The notes under the pieces are model-generated. The model did no database searches. It had not been told where the DNA came from and saw nothing but the letters and a program-made list of their open reading frames with translations. A program made the translations under genes and the position numbers. A stretch of DNA of 63,993 nucleotides, filler included, from Piptocephalis cylindrospora (lineage: Eukaryota): NCBI GenBank assembly GCA_003614145.1. It is 3 parts of 3 records of this genome, joined end to end, with 100 filler letters (N's around TTAATTAATTAA, not from the genome) between each part and the next. Parts side by side here need not be neighbours in the genome. Positions count along the whole stretch, not along the records: positions 48,836 to 63,993 come from KZ987905.1; 2 more parts are not named here. One strand, written 5' to 3'. Positions 62,636-63,993 of this stretch are shown here, piece by piece. Every line of letters begins with the position of its first letter. Within the stretch, counting starts at the first letter, position 1.

Positions 62636-63856
62636 CTACAAGCCACCTTCCTCGGGTTGTGGAGCGGCACCGCCGGTCATGTCAACGCAATGCTTGGGGA
62701 AGACACCCTTTGCATTGCCCCTGGAGAGGTTGAGACCCTGGCACCAACCATCATCGTACTCGACGATGACCTGGACCTGGTCACCGGGTTGAATCTCTAG
62801 TTCGTCACCGAGGGTGGGGGTGTAGGTGGAGACGACGGGGTAGAGCTTCCCAGAGGAGGAAGAGGCACCGGGTGGGGTGATGAGGGTGGAGGAGCGAGCG
62901 GTGCCACCAGCGCCGGACATTTGAAAGGAGTTGTGGGCCGAGGAGGAGGCAGAGTGGTTGGAGGATTCGTTGGCAGCGGCAAAGACAATGCCAGTGGGAG
63001 AGACGGCGTTGCCGGCGGGGAAGGCGGCTTCAGCCAGGTCGTGTTGGTGACCCGCCGACCGAGCAGCGCCTCCTCCGGACATCATACCCGAAGCGCGGTT
63101 ACGGAAGCCGGTGACACCGCCCTTAAGGGCGCCCCAGCCCTGGTTGATGAAACCACCCGAGGCGGCAGCACCACCAGCCTCCTTGGCAGCGCCATCGGAT
63201 TGAAGGCTCTGCTGACGACGACGGTGGACGAGGAGACCGACGGCGGCCACAGCGACACCTGCACCGATGAGGGAGCAGGCAATGGTGACAGCAGGGCTGC
63301 TGGACCCGTGGGAGTCATCGCCATCATGGTCATCACCCGTGACCTTGTCGACAACCTTGTCGGCGGGACTACCCTCGTTTCCAGCCACGACCTTGGCATC
63401 GCCATTGGCGTTCTTCTTGATTTCGGTGGGGACGATGCCGAGGCACTGACCCATGGCACCGGAGACGGTCTTACATATGGGGGCAGACGGGAATTGAGTC
63501 TGGGTCTGGTTGGTGTAGTAACAACCATAGACGTTAAAGGTGACGGGGACGCCCTTCCGAGTGACGGTGACGGGGTAACCAGTGGTGACACAGGTGGAGT
63601 TCTCGCCGGTTTCGGTCCTGGCAGGGATGGAGGGGACGGTTGAGACGTCCATCATGCCCCAATCCTGCTTGGGTGGAGGACGGATCTGGACACACCAGGG
63701 AGATCCATTGTCATCGGTGGTGCCACCGTAGTAAGTGACCTCCTTGTACTCGTAGGGCACCCTACAGTTCTTCCAGTTACTATCAGACTGAGCGGAGCCA
63801 GTCGTGGCGAGGACCAGGGCAGCGGAAAGGAGGGTGAGACAGGAATTGTGACGCAT
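62636..63856 (-). CDS. Single-pass membrane protein: signal peptide, Cys-containing FN2-like ectodomain, TM, C-terminal SH3
   Basis: MRHNSCLTLLSAALVLATTGSA signal, TM VTIACSLIGAGVAVAAVGLLV followed by HRRR, and SH3 YPVVSTYTPTLGDELEIQPGDQVQVIVEYDDGWCQGLNLSRGNAKGVFPKHCV. Confidence 0.88.
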   Translation of the reverse strand: MRHNSCLTLLSAALVLATTGSAQSDSNWKNCRVPYEYKEVTYYGGTTDDNGSPWCVQIRPPPKQDWGMMDVSTVPSIPARTETGENSTCVTTGYPVTVTRKGVPVTFNVYGCYYTNQTQTQFPSAPICKTVSGAMGQCLGIVPTEIKKNANGDAKVVAGNEGSPADKVVDKVTGDDHDGDDSHGSSSPAVTIACSLIGAGVAVAAVGLLVHRRRQQSLQSDGAAKEAGGAAASGGFINQGWGALKGGVTGFRNRASGMMSGGGAARSAGHQHDLAEAAFPAGNAVSPTGIVFAAANESSNHSASSSAHNSFQMSGAGGTARSSTLITPPGASSSSGKLYPVVSTYTPTLGDELEIQPGDQVQVIVEYDDGWCQGLNLSRGNAKGVFPKHCVDMTGGAAPQPEEGGL

Positions 63857-63993
63857 GTTGATTGGAGTGACGGGGGAGGGGGGGGGGGGGGGGGGGCAGG
63901 GGGCAAAGGGGGCAGAGGGAAAGGGGGGGGGGGGGAGGGGGGGGGGAGGGGCTGGACGGGGGATGAGCCAGACCGGACTCATCTCGACTTTGC

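Noticed and set aside
63857..63982. Pro-rich N-terminal extension of the SH3 protein ORF
   Set aside because: Derived from poly-C/G tracts; the signal peptide begins at the ATG at 63856.

Overview
Eukaryotic (fungal) genomic DNA. It is gene-dense, with short GT-AG introns carrying CTAAC/CTGAC/CTCAC-type branch points. Gene content (SCFD2, carboxypeptidase Q, GH46 chitosanase) suggests an early-diverging fungus, plausibly Zoopagomycota such as Piptocephalis; this is inference, not verified. The window is three separate contigs joined by artificial N44-TTAATTAATTAA-N44 linkers (24386-24485, 48736-48835). Contig 1: SCFD2-like SM protein, glucose-6-phosphate 1-epimerase, RING membrane protein, PHS1 (apparently frameshifted), PRE1, tRNA-Arg(ACG), M28 aminopeptidase, guanine deaminase, MDR oxidoreductase, a decaying orphan gene, aspartic protease, AzgA purine permease, Ctr copper transporter and a truncated glucosidase II beta. 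Contig 2: a tandem pseudokinase-kinase, an FCP1-like phosphatase, a very large TRA1/TRRAP and a truncated ABC-F. Contig 3: carboxypeptidase Q, a Cys-rich secreted protein, PSO2/SNM1, a UPF0658 membrane protein, a secreted bacterial-type GH46 chitosanase with a triplicated ~140-bp upstream element, a small secreted protein, and a single-pass receptor-like protein with fibronectin type II-like ectodomain repeats and a cytosolic SH3. The most notable items are the FN2-like/TM/SH3 protein, the GH46 chitosanase with its upstream repeat, the tandem kinase and SCFD2.
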